A stretch of 64,000 bases of DNA, taken from Gammaproteobacteria bacterium. Lineage in GTDB: Bacteria > Pseudomonadota > Gammaproteobacteria > Natronospirales > REEB76. Location: positions 5,303 through 69,302 of the forward strand of contig JAGWOR010000008.1 of assembly GCA_028870845.1 (NCBI GenBank), written 5' to 3'. The translations under genes and the position numbers were made by a program. Below the pieces are notes generated by a model, which ran no database searches, had not been told where the DNA came from, and saw nothing but the letters and a program-made list of their open reading frames with translations. Shown here piece by piece: positions 16,992-28,054 of the stretch. The stretch's first letter is position 1. Each line of letters starts with the position of its first letter.

Positions 16992-18911
16992 ATGTCGACA
17001 CAGCCGGACATCCCCAGGCAGCCGGGTAACAACGGGCCGAACTGGCTGCGCCGCTACGGCAACTGGATGCTGATCCTGGGGCTGATGGCATTGATTGCAG
17101 TCGGTTGGTCGGGGTTTTTTACCAGCCCTCAGGCGCTGGAAATCTCCTACAGCCGGTTCAAGACGCTGGTGGCCGATGAACAGATGGCCAGCGTTACCAT
17201 GCAGGGTGATGTGCTCACCGGCAAACTGAAAACCCCCCAGGTCATGGGCGCGCAAGGCAAGGCCTGGAGCACGGTCAGCACGCGTGCGCCAGCCATGAAC
17301 GACGCCAACCTGTTGCCGCTACTGGAGGCGCGCCACGTTACCATCGACGTTAAGCCCGAGTCTTCCTTCAAATTAAGCGACCTCCTGATCCTGGCCCTGC
17401 CGTGGCTGCTGCTGTTCGGCCTGTTTTACTGGTCCTACCGGCGCACCTCGCAACTGGTGGGCGGGGATCTGGGTGCCCGCGGCAAACTGGGGGAATTCCT
17501 GCACGCCGGCACCCAGAAGGCAGAAGTGCCGCAGGTGAGCTTCGACGACGTGGCTGGCCAGGAGAATGCCAAGCGTGAAGTAGCAGAGCTGGTCCAGTAC
17601 CTGAAAGATCCCACGCGTTTCGCCCGCGTGGGCGCCAGCGCGCCGCGGGGCGTGCTGCTGATGGGTCCTCCCGGCACCGGCAAGACGTTGCTGGCGCGCG
17701 CGCTGGCGGGCGAGGCCGGCGTGCCGTTCTTTTCGATTTCCGGTTCGCAGTTCATCGAAGTGTTCGTCGGCGTGGGCGCATCACGGGTGCGCAACCTGTT
17801 CGCCGCCGCCAAGGCCAGCATGCCGAGCATCGTGTTCATCGATGAACTGGACAGCATCGGCCGCACGCGCGGTACCGGGCTTGGCGGCGGCCACGACGAA
17901 CGCGAGCAGACCTTGAATCAGATTCTGGCCGAGATGGATGGCTTCACTTCCCGCGAGTCGGTGCTGGTATTGGCGGCCACCAACCGCCCGGACATCCTCG
18001 ATCCCGCACTGCTGCGGCCCGGGCGATTCGATCGCCACGTGGTGCTGGACCTGCCGAGCCGGGAGGACCGGTTAGCGATCCTGCGCTTGCATACCCGCAA
18101 AATGCCGCTGGCCAAGGATGTCTCGCTCAACCGGCTGGCGGCCGGCAGTTCCGGCTTTTCCGGAGCCGACCTCAAGAACCTGAGCAATGAAGCCGCGATT
18201 CTGGCGGCGCGCGAAAACCGCGAGCAGGTCGGCATGCAAGATTTCGAGGACGCCAGGGACAAGCTGCTGCTGGGTGCGGTGCGCAATCTGGTGATCCAAC
18301 CGGAGGAAAAACAACGGCTGGCGGTGCATGAATCGGGACACGCGCTGGTGGCGTACTATTTGCCGCAATCCGACCCGCTGCACAAGGTCACCATCATTCC
18401 GCGCGGCCGGTCCCTGGGCGAGACCCAGCAACTGCCGGAATACGAGCGCTACACCCTGTCGGAGGATTACCTGCGTGACCGGCTGGCGGTGATGCTGGCG
18501 GGGCGCGCCGCCGAACAGCTGCTGCTGGGCAATGTGAGTTCGGGCGCTGGAGATGATATCAAGACGGCGACTTCGCTGGCACGCTCCATGGTGTCGCGCT
18601 GGGGCATGTCAAAGAAAGTAGGGCCCATGGACCTGCACACCAGCGAGGATGCGCCTTTTCTGGGACGCGAAATCGCCCAGCCGCGGCTGTACAGCGAGCA
18701 TGCCGCCGAGCTGGTGGACCAGGCGGTAAAAGAACTGCTGATGGATGCTGAACAGCGAGCCAGCAAAATTCTTGCCACCCACGAGCCACAGATGCAGGCG
18801 CTGATCCGGCTGCTGGCGGACAAGGAAACCCTGAGTGCTGAGCAAGTGGCCGCCTGCTTCGCCGCAGCCGGCAGCGCTGAAAGACCCCGGCCTGCGAGCG
18901 CACTTCGATAG
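16992..18911 (+). CDS. ftsH: ATP-dependent zinc metalloprotease, FtsH family (probable second paralogue)
   Basis: Walker A GPPGTGKT, Walker [12 protein letters not shown] region, zinc site HESGHA. The genomic context is not the canonical rlmE-ftsH-folP one. Confidence 0.9.
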   Translation: MSTQPDIPRQPGNNGPNWLRRYGNWMLILGLMALIAVGWSGFFTSPQALEISYSRFKTLVADEQMASVTMQGDVLTGKLKTPQVMGAQGKAWSTVSTRAPAMNDANLLPLLEARHVTIDVKPESSFKLSDLLILALPWLLLFGLFYWSYRRTSQLVGGDLGARGKLGEFLHAGTQKAEVPQVSFDDVAGQENAKREVAELVQYLKDPTRFARVGASAPRGVLLMGPPGTGKTLLARALAGEAGVPFFSISGSQFIEVFVGVGASRVRNLFAAAKASMPSIVFIDELDSIGRTRGTGLGGGHDEREQTLNQILAEMDGFTSRESVLVLAATNRPDILDPALLRPGRFDRHVVLDLPSREDRLAILRLHTRKMPLAKDVSLNRLAAGSSGFSGADLKNLSNEAAILAARENREQVGMQDFEDARDKLLLGAVRNLVIQPEEKQRLAVHESGHALVAYYLPQSDPLHKVTIIPRGRSLGETQQLPEYERYTLSEDYLRDRLAVMLAGRAAEQLLLGNVSSGAGDDIKTATSLARSMVSRWGMSKKVGPMDLHTSEDAPFLGREIAQPRLYSEHAAELVDQAVKELLMDAEQRASKILATHEPQMQALIRLLADKETLSAEQVAACFAAAGSAERPRPASALR

Positions 18912-19031
18912 CCCTGAATAACCGTATATCCGGCCTGTTTTGCGCTTCGCCTGGCATCCCGCACGGGCTGGGGTTGTAAAAATAATCCGCTGATATGCGA
19001 CCTTTTACCCGGATGGGGCATCCTAATCAGT

Positions 19032-19670
19032 ATGGCCAGCCTGTTCCAGCAGACCGTTGACGATGCCCTGTTGAAACAGGCCCGGCGGGGCGACAGCGCC
19101 GCGCAGGCGCAGTTGTTCAGCCTGTTCGGCCGTCCGGTCTATACACTGGCGCGGCAGCTGTTGGTGGACAGCCAGCTGGCGGAAGACATACTGCAGGGCA
19201 CTTTCGTGGAGGTGCTGCGCAATCTGCGCGACTTTCGCGGCGACGCCCCTTTGGGCATGTGGATCCGGCGCATTGCAGTCAACCGCTGCCTGGCGCATCT
19301 GCGTTCGTCCTGGCGAAGGTTGCTCCGGGAATTGCAGGATGCGGAAGTGCCGGACACCCGGCCGGTCGGCGGACATGACCGGGACATGCTGGATTTGCAG
19401 CACGCACCGGCGGATTCCGCGCTGAAACTGCAGGGTGGCGATGTGATCCTGAAAATCGGCACACGCGACCCCGGCAGCCCGCCCCATGCCATGCGCATAC
19501 TCGGCTCCTACGGGCCGGGTGAAACCGTGCCGTTGACCATCCTGCGCAAGGGTAAACAGCTGAAGCTCAACGTGAAACTGCCGCATGACGCGGAAATGCA
19601 CGGCGGCCCCAGGGAAATCTACCGTACCCTGGACCGGGACAGGAATGACTGGATGACCGGGGCGTACTGA
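19032..19670 (+). CDS. ECF sigma factor region 2 fused in frame to a partial PDZ domain (probable deletion-fusion, possibly non-functional)
   Basis: Residues about 1-100 are typical sigma-70 region 2 (AEDILQGTFVEVLRNLRDFRGDAPLGMWIRRIAVNRCLAHLR). There is no region 4 HTH. From about residue 125 the sequence is PDZ-like (LKLQGGDVILKIG ... GETVPLTILRKGKQLKLNVKL) but lacks the N-terminal carboxylate-binding loop. Confidence 0.55.
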   Translation: MASLFQQTVDDALLKQARRGDSAAQAQLFSLFGRPVYTLARQLLVDSQLAEDILQGTFVEVLRNLRDFRGDAPLGMWIRRIAVNRCLAHLRSSWRRLLRELQDAEVPDTRPVGGHDRDMLDLQHAPADSALKLQGGDVILKIGTRDPGSPPHAMRILGSYGPGETVPLTILRKGKQLKLNVKLPHDAEMHGGPREIYRTLDRDRNDWMTGAY

Positions 19671-19701
19671 CGTACTGGTAAGCTACTCCGAAGCAGGCCT
19701 G

Positions 19702-19726
19702 GCCCCGCGCAAGCGGGGCTTTTTTT
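19702..19726 (+). terminator. Rho-independent terminator
   Basis: GCCCCGC-gcaa-GCGGGGC followed by T7. Confidence 0.75.
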
Positions 19727-19771
19727 GCCGGCGTAGGGCCTTGCCGTGATACCTGCTACCATGCTGAGCGC

Positions 19772-20818
19772 ATGCGCAGACAGGATTTCCATTACGAACT
19801 TCCTGCTGAGCTGATCGCCCAGCATCCCTTGCCGCAGCGCAGCGCCAGCCGTCTGTTGTGCCTGGAAGGCGCCAGCGGCGCGCTCGCGGACCGGCATTTT
19901 TGCGATCTGCCCGCACTGCTGCATCCGGGCGATCTGCTGGTGTTCAATGACACCCGGGTCATCCCGGCACGGCTGTATGGGCGCAAGGCCAGCGGCGGTG
20001 CCGTGGAACTGCTGGTGGAGCGCATTCTGGACGCACATCACGCGCTGGTGCAGGCGCGCGCCAGCAAACCCTTGCGCAGCGGCATGCGCATCCGCGTGGC
20101 GGACGCGGCGGAGGCCCGGGTGCTCCGCCATGAAGCGGAATTCGTGCTCCTGGAATTCACGAATGCTGAGCTGCCGGACTTCCTCCACCGCCACGGACAC
20201 GTACCACTGCCTCCCTACGTGCGGCATGCGGACACCGCCGAGGATCAGGAACGCTATCAGACGGTGTACGCCAAAGTGCCAGGCGCGGTGGCCGCGCCCA
20301 CCGCCGGCCTGCACTTCGACACCGCGCTGCTGGAGAGACTTCGGCAGGGCGGCGTGAATTTCGCCTACGTGACCCTGCACGTGGGCGCCGGCACCTTCCA
20401 GCCGGTGCGCGAGGAAAACATTCTCGAGCATCGCATGCACAGCGAACAGCTGGTTGTTTCCGAAGCCCTATGCGAGGCGGTGCGGGAGACCCGCAGCCGC
20501 GGTGGACGGGTGGTGGCGGTGGGCACCACGGCGGTGCGCAGCCTGGAAAGCGCGGCCACCGCAGCTGGGGGTATCCAGGCATTTGCCGGCGATACCACAC
20601 TCTATATATATCCCGGTTACCGCTACCGGCTGGTGGACGCCATGATCACCAACTTTCACCTGCCCGAATCCACGCTGTTGATGCTGGTGGCGGCGTTTGC
20701 CGGACGTGAGCGCATCTTGTCGGCCTACCGCCACGCGGTGGAACAGCGTTACCGCTTTTTCAGTTATGGGGATGCGATGTTTTTGACGCCCGTGGAAGGC
20801 GTACGGCTATCTGGATAG
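19772..20818 (+). CDS. queA: S-adenosylmethionine:tRNA ribosyltransferase-isomerase QueA
   Basis: Full-length QueA ([20 protein letters not shown] ... TAGLHF ... [13 protein letters not shown] ... [12 protein letters not shown] ... [14 protein letters not shown]). Confidence 0.95.
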   Translation: MRRQDFHYELPAELIAQHPLPQRSASRLLCLEGASGALADRHFCDLPALLHPGDLLVFNDTRVIPARLYGRKASGGAVELLVERILDAHHALVQARASKPLRSGMRIRVADAAEARVLRHEAEFVLLEFTNAELPDFLHRHGHVPLPPYVRHADTAEDQERYQTVYAKVPGAVAAPTAGLHFDTALLERLRQGGVNFAYVTLHVGAGTFQPVREENILEHRMHSEQLVVSEALCEAVRETRSRGGRVVAVGTTAVRSLESAATAAGGIQAFAGDTTLYIYPGYRYRLVDAMITNFHLPESTLLMLVAAFAGRERILSAYRHAVEQRYRFFSYGDAMFLTPVEGVRLSG

Positions 20819-20884
20819 CCCCCATATTGGGCGGGGCTTCCGCGCCCCTACAATTTACATCGGGGTTCCGCCCCCGCACCACGG

Positions 20885-20926
20885 GCTACTGTCTTTGTTC
20901 GTGCAAAGAAAGTAGCCAAAGAAACA
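20885..20926. repeat. Left inverted-repeat arm, itself a hairpin
   Basis: GCTACT-gt-CTTTG-ttcgtg-CAAAG-aa-AGTAGC (20885-20916) followed by CAAAGAAACA. Confidence 0.6.
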
Positions 20927-21338
20927 CGCCCCGAGGATTCCGCGCTTGCTTTAAATCGAAAGCATAGCCTTTCGATTTCAAGCGCGACCCCCGTTTCTCG
21001 CCAGACTTAGGGCGGCACAGACGGCACAACCCTGTGCCGCTGTGCCGGCTCGTCTTCCTGACTTCGCCCCGCCCTAAAGGGCGGGCCTTATTCTTCGTCT
21101 GGCTGCGAGACTCGGCGGAATCCATGGGGTTTGAAAATATGTGATGCTGCATGATGTACGTTCCCGTGAACGTAATATGCATCCTATAAATGCATTATTT
21201 TCCGAGTATGCGAAGTCACAGATTTAATATTGCAGCGAACCTCTGTAACTGTTACTGACAAGAAAACCGGCACAGAAAGAAAACCTGTTCAGCGTGAAGC
21301 ACACGCTTTAGCCAGATGAGTTTGATGACGCTCTTGTA

Positions 21339-21381
21339 TGTTTCTTTTGGTTACTTTTCTTTGCGCCAAACAAAAGTAACC
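21339..21381. repeat. Right inverted-repeat arm, itself a hairpin
   Basis: GGTTACTTTTCTTTG-cgc-CAAACAAAAGTAACC (21349-21381), a 15 bp stem with one mismatch, preceded by TGTTTCTTTT. Confidence 0.6.
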
Positions 21382-21443
21382 TGCCATAGGGGTGCGGAAA
21401 CTCCGTCAAAATAGGCCGTGACTGGCTGCTCGCGCTTGGGTAG

Positions 21444-22640
<1,197 letters not shown>

Positions 22641-22749
22641 TGCGCCGCCTTTTAGGCCAAATCCGTGCCGGGCGTTGTAGAATTCGCGCTCGCACCGTAA
22701 GCGCGAGCCCTCTAGTCCTGGTAAAACTGAATACTGGATCGGATTACCC

Positions 22750-23091
22750 ATGAACTTTTTCATCCAAAATGCCTATGCTGCCGGCGGCGCGGCCCCACAG
22801 GGAGATCCGTTCAGCCTGAGCATGACCATCATGATCGTGGCTTTTATCGGCATTTTTTATTTCCTGCTGATCCGGCCGCAGCAAAAGCGCCAGAAGGAAC
22901 ACCAGAAGATGCTGGCGGCCATCGGCAAGGGCGACGAGGTGGTGACCAGCGGTGGTGTGCTGGGGCGGGTCAAGGACCTGGACGATCAGTTTATTACCCT
23001 GGAAGTGGCTCCCGGCGTGGACCACAAGGTGCAGCGGCAGGCCGTCAGTGCGGTACTGCCCAAGGGCACCCTCAAGAATCACTTGAAATAA
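22750..23091 (+). CDS. yajC: Preprotein translocase subunit YajC
   Basis: Single TM, then FLLIRPQQKRQKEHQKML ... GDEVVTSGGVLGRV. Confidence 0.9.
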   Translation: MNFFIQNAYAAGGAAPQGDPFSLSMTIMIVAFIGIFYFLLIRPQQKRQKEHQKMLAAIGKGDEVVTSGGVLGRVKDLDDQFITLEVAPGVDHKVQRQAVSAVLPKGTLKNHLK

Positions 23092-23109
23092 AACCCCGGA
23101 TTCCCACCC

Positions 23110-24957
23110 ATGCTGAACCGCTATCCAGCCTGGAAAAATATTACCGTCATCCTGGTAACGGCGCTGGGCATCCTGTTCGCGCTGCCCAACCTGTACGGCG
23201 ACGACCCGGCGGTGCAGGTTTCCAAGAACAACGCCACGCTCACAGATTCCACAACCACCCAGGTGGAACAGGCGCTGGATACCGCCAAGCTGCCCTACAA
23301 ATCCGCGGCCATTACCGACAACCGCCTGGTGGTGCGTTTCAGCGACACCGAGCTTCAGCTGCACGCACTGGACGTGATTACCAAGGCCCTGGGCAACGAC
23401 TATTCGGTGGCCCTGAACCTGGTGCCGCGCACCCCCAAGTGGATGCGGGCCATCGGCCTCAAGCCCATGGCCAAAGGGTTGGACCTGCAGGGCGGGGTGC
23501 ATTTCCAGCTGCTCATCGACCTGGATGCCGCCATCCAGACCAAGCTGCAGCGTGATGCCACCGACATCCGCGGCAGCCTGCGCGATAAGCTGGTTCGCTA
23601 TGAAGATATCTCCCTGCACGGCAGCGCCATCACCCTCACCCTGCGCACGCCCGATGACGTGTCCAAGGCCAGGGCGTTTATCACTTCGGAATATCCGGAG
23701 CTGACCCTGACGTCCGGCAGCGAGCCCAACACCCTGGTGGCGGGCCTGAGCCCCAAGAGTATCCAGCAGCTGGACCAGCTGGCGGTGGAGCAGAACATCA
23801 CCACCCTGCGCAACCGCGTGAACCAGCTGGGCGTGGCCGAGCCGGTGGTGCAGCAGCAGGGCGCCAACAGCATCGTGGTGGAGCTGCCGGGTGTGCAGGA
23901 CACGGCCCGCGCCAAGGAAATCCTGGGCGCCACTGCCACCCTGGAATTCCGCCTGGTGGATTTCGGCGCCAATGCCGTGCTGGCCAAGCAGTCCGGCCAT
24001 ATTCCGCTGGACGACCAGCTGTTCAACGACAAGGCCGGCAACCCGGTGCTGCTCAAGCGCGACGTGATCGTCAGCGGCGACCAGCTGGTGGACGCGGTCT
24101 CCGGCTATGACCAGCAGACCGGCACCCCGGACGTGAACGTGACCCTGGATTCCGCCGGCGCCTCCAAGATGGGGGTGGTCACCCGCGAAAACCTCGGCAA
24201 ACCCATGGCGGTGCTGTACATCGAAACCAAAACCGAGAACACCACGGTGGACGGCAAGACCGTGCCGGTCCACAAGAAGGTGTACACGGTGATCAACGTG
24301 GCCACCATCCAGGGAATTTTCAGCAAGCGCTTCCAGATCACCGGTCTGCAGCAGGAAGAAGCCCAGAACCTGGCGCTGCTGCTGCGCGCCGGCTCGCTGG
24401 CCGCGCCCATGGACATCGTGGAACAGCGCACCGTGGGCCCGAGCCTGGGCCAGGAAAACATCAAACAGGGTTTTGACGCGGCGCTGCTGGGCTTCATCCT
24501 GGTGGTGGCGTTTATCGCCATGTATTACAAGACCTTCGGCGTGATCGCCGACCTGGCGGTGTTCATGAACCTGGTGCTGACAGTGGCGCTGCTGTCGCTG
24601 ATCCAGGCGACCCTGACCCTGCCGGGCATCGCCGGCATCGTGCTGACCCTGGGCATGGGCGTGGACGCCAACGTGCTGATCAACGAGCACATCCGCGAGG
24701 AAGTGCGCGCCGGCAATTCGCCCCAGGCCAGCATCCACGCCGGCTACCGGCGCGCTTTTGCCACCATCGTGGACGCCCACGTGACCACGCTGACCGCCGC
24801 CCTCATGCTGTTCCTGTTCGGCGCCGGCCCGGTGAAGGGTTTCGCCGTGACCCTGTCGCTCGGCATCCTGACCTCGCTGTTCACCGCCATCATGGGCACG
24901 CGCTCGCTGGTGAACTGGTTCTATGGCGGCCGCAACCTCAAGAAACTGCCGGTGTAA
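23110..24957 (+). CDS. secD: Protein translocase subunit SecD
   Basis: LDLQGGVHF, VGPSLGQENI, and a C-terminal 6-TM domain. yajC-secD-secF order. Confidence 0.95.
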   Translation: MLNRYPAWKNITVILVTALGILFALPNLYGDDPAVQVSKNNATLTDSTTTQVEQALDTAKLPYKSAAITDNRLVVRFSDTELQLHALDVITKALGNDYSVALNLVPRTPKWMRAIGLKPMAKGLDLQGGVHFQLLIDLDAAIQTKLQRDATDIRGSLRDKLVRYEDISLHGSAITLTLRTPDDVSKARAFITSEYPELTLTSGSEPNTLVAGLSPKSIQQLDQLAVEQNITTLRNRVNQLGVAEPVVQQQGANSIVVELPGVQDTARAKEILGATATLEFRLVDFGANAVLAKQSGHIPLDDQLFNDKAGNPVLLKRDVIVSGDQLVDAVSGYDQQTGTPDVNVTLDSAGASKMGVVTRENLGKPMAVLYIETKTENTTVDGKTVPVHKKVYTVINVATIQGIFSKRFQITGLQQEEAQNLALLLRAGSLAAPMDIVEQRTVGPSLGQENIKQGFDAALLGFILVVAFIAMYYKTFGVIADLAVFMNLVLTVALLSLIQATLTLPGIAGIVLTLGMGVDANVLINEHIREEVRAGNSPQASIHAGYRRAFATIVDAHVTTLTAALMLFLFGAGPVKGFAVTLSLGILTSLFTAIMGTRSLVNWFYGGRNLKKLPV

Positions 24958-24969
24958 GGGGAAGCCAAC

Positions 24970-25905
24970 ATGGAATTTTTCCACAAAGTACCGCAGATCA
25001 ACTTCCTGGCAGCCCGCAAGCTGGCCATGGGCATGTCGGTGGTGGTGCTGATCATCGCGGTGGTTTCGCTGTTCATCAATCGCCTTAATTTGGGCGTGGA
25101 TTTCACCGGCGGCGTCACCGTGCAGATGTCCTATCCGCAGCCGGCGAATCTCCGCCAGATCCGCAACACCCTCGCGCAGGCGGGTTACAAGGACGCCATC
25201 GTGCAGAACTTCGGCACCCCGGAGTCGGTGCTGATCCGGCTGCAGGCCAAGAAAGGCGAGTCCGAGAAGAATACCGGCAGCACGGTGGCAGCGGCCCTGC
25301 AACAAGTCGCGCCCCAAGCCAAGCTGGAGCAGGTGAATTTCGTGGGCCCGGAAGTGGGCAAAGACCTGGCCACCAAGGGCGCGCTGGCGTTTTTCCTGAC
25401 GCTCACCGGCATCCTTCTATATATATGGTTCCGTTTCGAGTGGCGTCTGGCGCTGGGCGGGGTGGCGGCTACCCTGCACGACGTGGTATTTACCGTGGGC
25501 TTCTTTTCCATTTTCCACCTGGAATTCGACCTCAACGTGCTGGCGGCAGTGCTGGCGGTCATGGGCTATTCGGTGAACGACACGGTGGTGGTGTTCGACC
25601 GCATCCGCGAGGACTTCCGCATTACCCGCAAGGGCACGCCCTTCGAGATCATCAACCTGGCGGTGAACCAGACCCTGTCGCGTACCATTATCACCTCCGG
25701 CGTAACCCTGCTGGTGGTGATCGCGCTGTTGATCCTGGGCGGCCCGGTGCTGCATGGCTTCTCCGTGGCCCTGTTCGTGGGCATCATCGTGGGCACCTAT
25801 TCCTCCATCTACATCGCCAGCGCCACCGCGCTGATGCTGGGCGTCAGCAAGAAGGACCTGATGGTGGTGGTGAAGGAAGACCGCAAAGTGGATGACATGC
25901 CCTGA
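24970..25905 (+). CDS. secF: Protein translocase subunit SecF
   Basis: LGVDFTGG, GYSVNDTVVVFDRIRE, SRTIITSGVTLL. Confidence 0.95.
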   Translation: MEFFHKVPQINFLAARKLAMGMSVVVLIIAVVSLFINRLNLGVDFTGGVTVQMSYPQPANLRQIRNTLAQAGYKDAIVQNFGTPESVLIRLQAKKGESEKNTGSTVAAALQQVAPQAKLEQVNFVGPEVGKDLATKGALAFFLTLTGILLYIWFRFEWRLALGGVAATLHDVVFTVGFFSIFHLEFDLNVLAAVLAVMGYSVNDTVVVFDRIREDFRITRKGTPFEIINLAVNQTLSRTIITSGVTLLVVIALLILGGPVLHGFSVALFVGIIVGTYSSIYIASATALMLGVSKKDLMVVVKEDRKVDDMP

Positions 25906-26376
25906 GAAGAAGGTTAGTCACGAGACGCAAAAACGGCGCTGCTCGCGCCGATCAGTTATGTGACATATTTGTTTCTACGCTTGAATTTTAATATTTCCTC
26001 GTCTATACCTGCATCTAAGAACACCAATTTCAACTCCTCCCACGACTACACCGTGGAATCGAATCACACGACACTGGCCATTGCTTGCGGGAGGCACGTG
26101 CAAGGTATGGCAATTTTCCCCTGGAAACTCACACTCTAAGCACGAATAACGTGGTTTTGCTTGATGAAAGGGTAGAGATTTCAAGTATCTATACAGGTCC
26201 GACCCCGTAAGCGTGATGCAATGGTGATGTTGAGGCTTGGCACGGACAAGTTACCCTGGGCGAATTTATGAAGCATGGCACATTTATGTGTATGCCAAAT
26301 TCAGGCAGAGCAACTCAAGTTGAAAATAAACAGTGGCGATCCTTGAGTCCAAGATCACATTTAACCCATACCTTGT

Positions 26377-27165
26377 TTATTTTGTGAGCATCGGTTTGAA
26401 TTCTTCCGCCAGTGCCTGGTAGATTTTCTCGCCGCCCGCCAGGATGTTGCCGTCGTCGGGGAAACCCGGGCTGCCGTCGAAGTGGCCCACCAGTCCGCCG
26501 GTTTCCTGGATCATCAATACGCCGGCGGCCATGTCCCAGGGCTTGAGGCCCATTTCCCAGAAACCATCCAAGCGGCCGGCGGCCACGTAGGCCAGGTCCA
26601 GGGCCGCAGAGCCGGCGCGCCTCACGCCGGCGGCTTTGCGCACCACCGCTTCGAACATTTTCATGTACACATCGAGGTTTTGTTTTTCACGGAATGGAAA
26701 GCCGGTGCCGATGAGCGCGCCTTCCAGGGTTTTCATGGCGGTGACGCGCATGCGCTTGCCGTCCACTTGCGCGCCTTCGCCGCGGCTCGTGGTAAACAGC
26801 TCCTGGCGTATGGGGTCGTAGATCACGCCGTGTTCCAGGCGGCCGCGCTGTTTCAGGCCGATGGAAACGCAGAACATGGGGAAGCCGTGCAGGAAATTGG
26901 TGGTGCCGTCCAGCGGATCGATGATCCACTGGAACTCTTCATTGGAACCCAGGGCGCCGCTTTCCTCGCCGAGGATGGCGTGGTCCGGATGGGCCTTGCG
27001 CAGCGTATAAATGATCTCATCTTCGGCCAGCCGGTCCACCTGGCTGACGAAGTCGTTGCGTTCCTTGACCTTGATGGTGAGCCGGTCGATCCGGTCCACA
27101 TGCCGGATGATGATGTCACCGGCACGGCGTGCGGCACTCACGGCGATATTCAATAACGGGTTCAT
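26377..27165 (-). CDS. suhB: Inositol monophosphatase family protein SuhB
   Basis: ILGEE, WIIDPLDGTTNF, WDMAAG motifs. Confidence 0.9.
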   Translation of the reverse strand: MNPLLNIAVSAARRAGDIIIRHVDRIDRLTIKVKERNDFVSQVDRLAEDEIIYTLRKAHPDHAILGEESGALGSNEEFQWIIDPLDGTTNFLHGFPMFCVSIGLKQRGRLEHGVIYDPIRQELFTTSRGEGAQVDGKRMRVTAMKTLEGALIGTGFPFREKQNLDVYMKMFEAVVRKAAGVRRAGSAALDLAYVAAGRLDGFWEMGLKPWDMAAGVLMIQETGGLVGHFDGSPGFPDDGNILAGGEKIYQALAEEFKPMLTK

Positions 27166-27277
27166 ACGGCCTCTGCACGGCGGGCGTGGATGTGGTTCCG
27201 GTTAAAGAGCGGGCCGCGTGCTTGGAACCCGCGGCAGGGCGCGTAGAATAGCAGAAGCTGAAATCACCTCCAATTAA

Positions 27278-28009
27278 ATGCCACGCCAGATCCGCATCGT
27301 ACTGGTGGAAACCAGCCATCCCGGCAACATCGGAGCCGCGGCCCGGGCCATGAAAACCATGTGCCTGGAGCGTTTGCTGTTGGTTAATCCCGTGGAATTT
27401 CCCCATTCCGAGGCCAGTGCCCGCGCCTCCGGCGCCACCGATATTCTGGAGCGCGCGCAGGTGCTGGCGAGTCTTGATGAGGCGCTGGCGGGCTGCGCAC
27501 TGGTTGCCGGCACCAGTGCACGGCAGCGGGCCCTGGGCCCGGCGCCATTGACGCCGCGGGACTGTGTGCGCCAGCTGATGTCGGTGTCGCCTGCGCAGGA
27601 TGTGGCAGTTGTGTTCGGCCGCGAACGCACCGGCCTCACCAATGAGGAAACCGACCGTTGCCATTTCCTGCTGCAGATTCCCGCCAACCCGGACTACGGC
27701 TCGTTGAATCTCGCGGCTGCCGTGCAGGTGGTGGCTTATGAATTCATGCTGGCCAAACAAGGCATGCATACGCCGGCCGGGCAGGCACCGGCCTACGCTA
27801 CCAGCGACGAAATGGAAGGTTTGTATGCGCATCTGGAACAGGCGGCGCGCGACAGCGGTTTTCTGGATCCAGAAAACCCCAAGCACCTCATGCGACGGCT
27901 GCGCAACCTGCTGAACCGCGCGCGGCCGGAGCCGAGCGAAGTGAATATCCTGCGCGGCCTGCTGAACGCATTGCAGGTGCGTCGCGGAAACCCCCGGCGA
28001 AAGGCATGA
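27278..28009 (+). CDS. trmJ: tRNA (cytidine/uridine-2'-O)-methyltransferase TrmJ
   Basis: SPOUT/TrmH group 1 (IVLVETSHPGNIGAAARAMKTM ... FGRERTGLTNEE ... IPANPDYGSLNLAAAVQV). Divergent from suhB, as in other gammaproteobacteria. Confidence 0.85.
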   Translation: MPRQIRIVLVETSHPGNIGAAARAMKTMCLERLLLVNPVEFPHSEASARASGATDILERAQVLASLDEALAGCALVAGTSARQRALGPAPLTPRDCVRQLMSVSPAQDVAVVFGRERTGLTNEETDRCHFLLQIPANPDYGSLNLAAAVQVVAYEFMLAKQGMHTPAGQAPAYATSDEMEGLYAHLEQAARDSGFLDPENPKHLMRRLRNLLNRARPEPSEVNILRGLLNALQVRRGNPRRKA

Positions 28010-28054
28010 CAGCCTGGCTTGCTATAATGTTCCATGGATTAGCGCTGTTAACGC

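Larger units (their letters stand above)
20821..21425. mobile_element. MITE-like, inverted-repeat-bounded, hairpin-rich non-coding insert between queA and tgt
   Basis: Imperfect inverted repeats. The reverse complement of 20885-20926 (TGTTTCTTTGGCTACTTTCTTTGCACGAACAAAGACAGTAGC) aligns with 21339-21381 (TGTTTCTTTTGGTTACTTTTCTTTGCGCCAAACAAAAGTAACC), with weaker similarity extending outward (GGTGCGG...CCG...AAA..TAGG). The interior is AT-rich (about 21100-21340) and has no credible ORF. Confidence 0.4.

Noticed and set aside
20886-21182. 98-aa ORF inside the queA-tgt insert
   Set aside because: It runs through a chain of perfect hairpins and inverted repeats, has no RBS, and shows low-complexity basic composition. 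It is better explained as a translated repeat element.
22744-25317. 857-aa ORF on the minus strand
   Set aside because: It lies antisense to yajC/secD/secF, which have unmistakable conserved motifs. Its composition (His/Gly/Gln/Arg/Ala-rich, no motifs) is typical of stop-free antisense frames in high-GC DNA.
25975-26184. 69-aa ORF in the low-GC spacer after secF
   Set aside because: It has a TTG start without an RBS and an odd composition, and I can recognise no homology. I kept it only as a note in the finding on that spacer.
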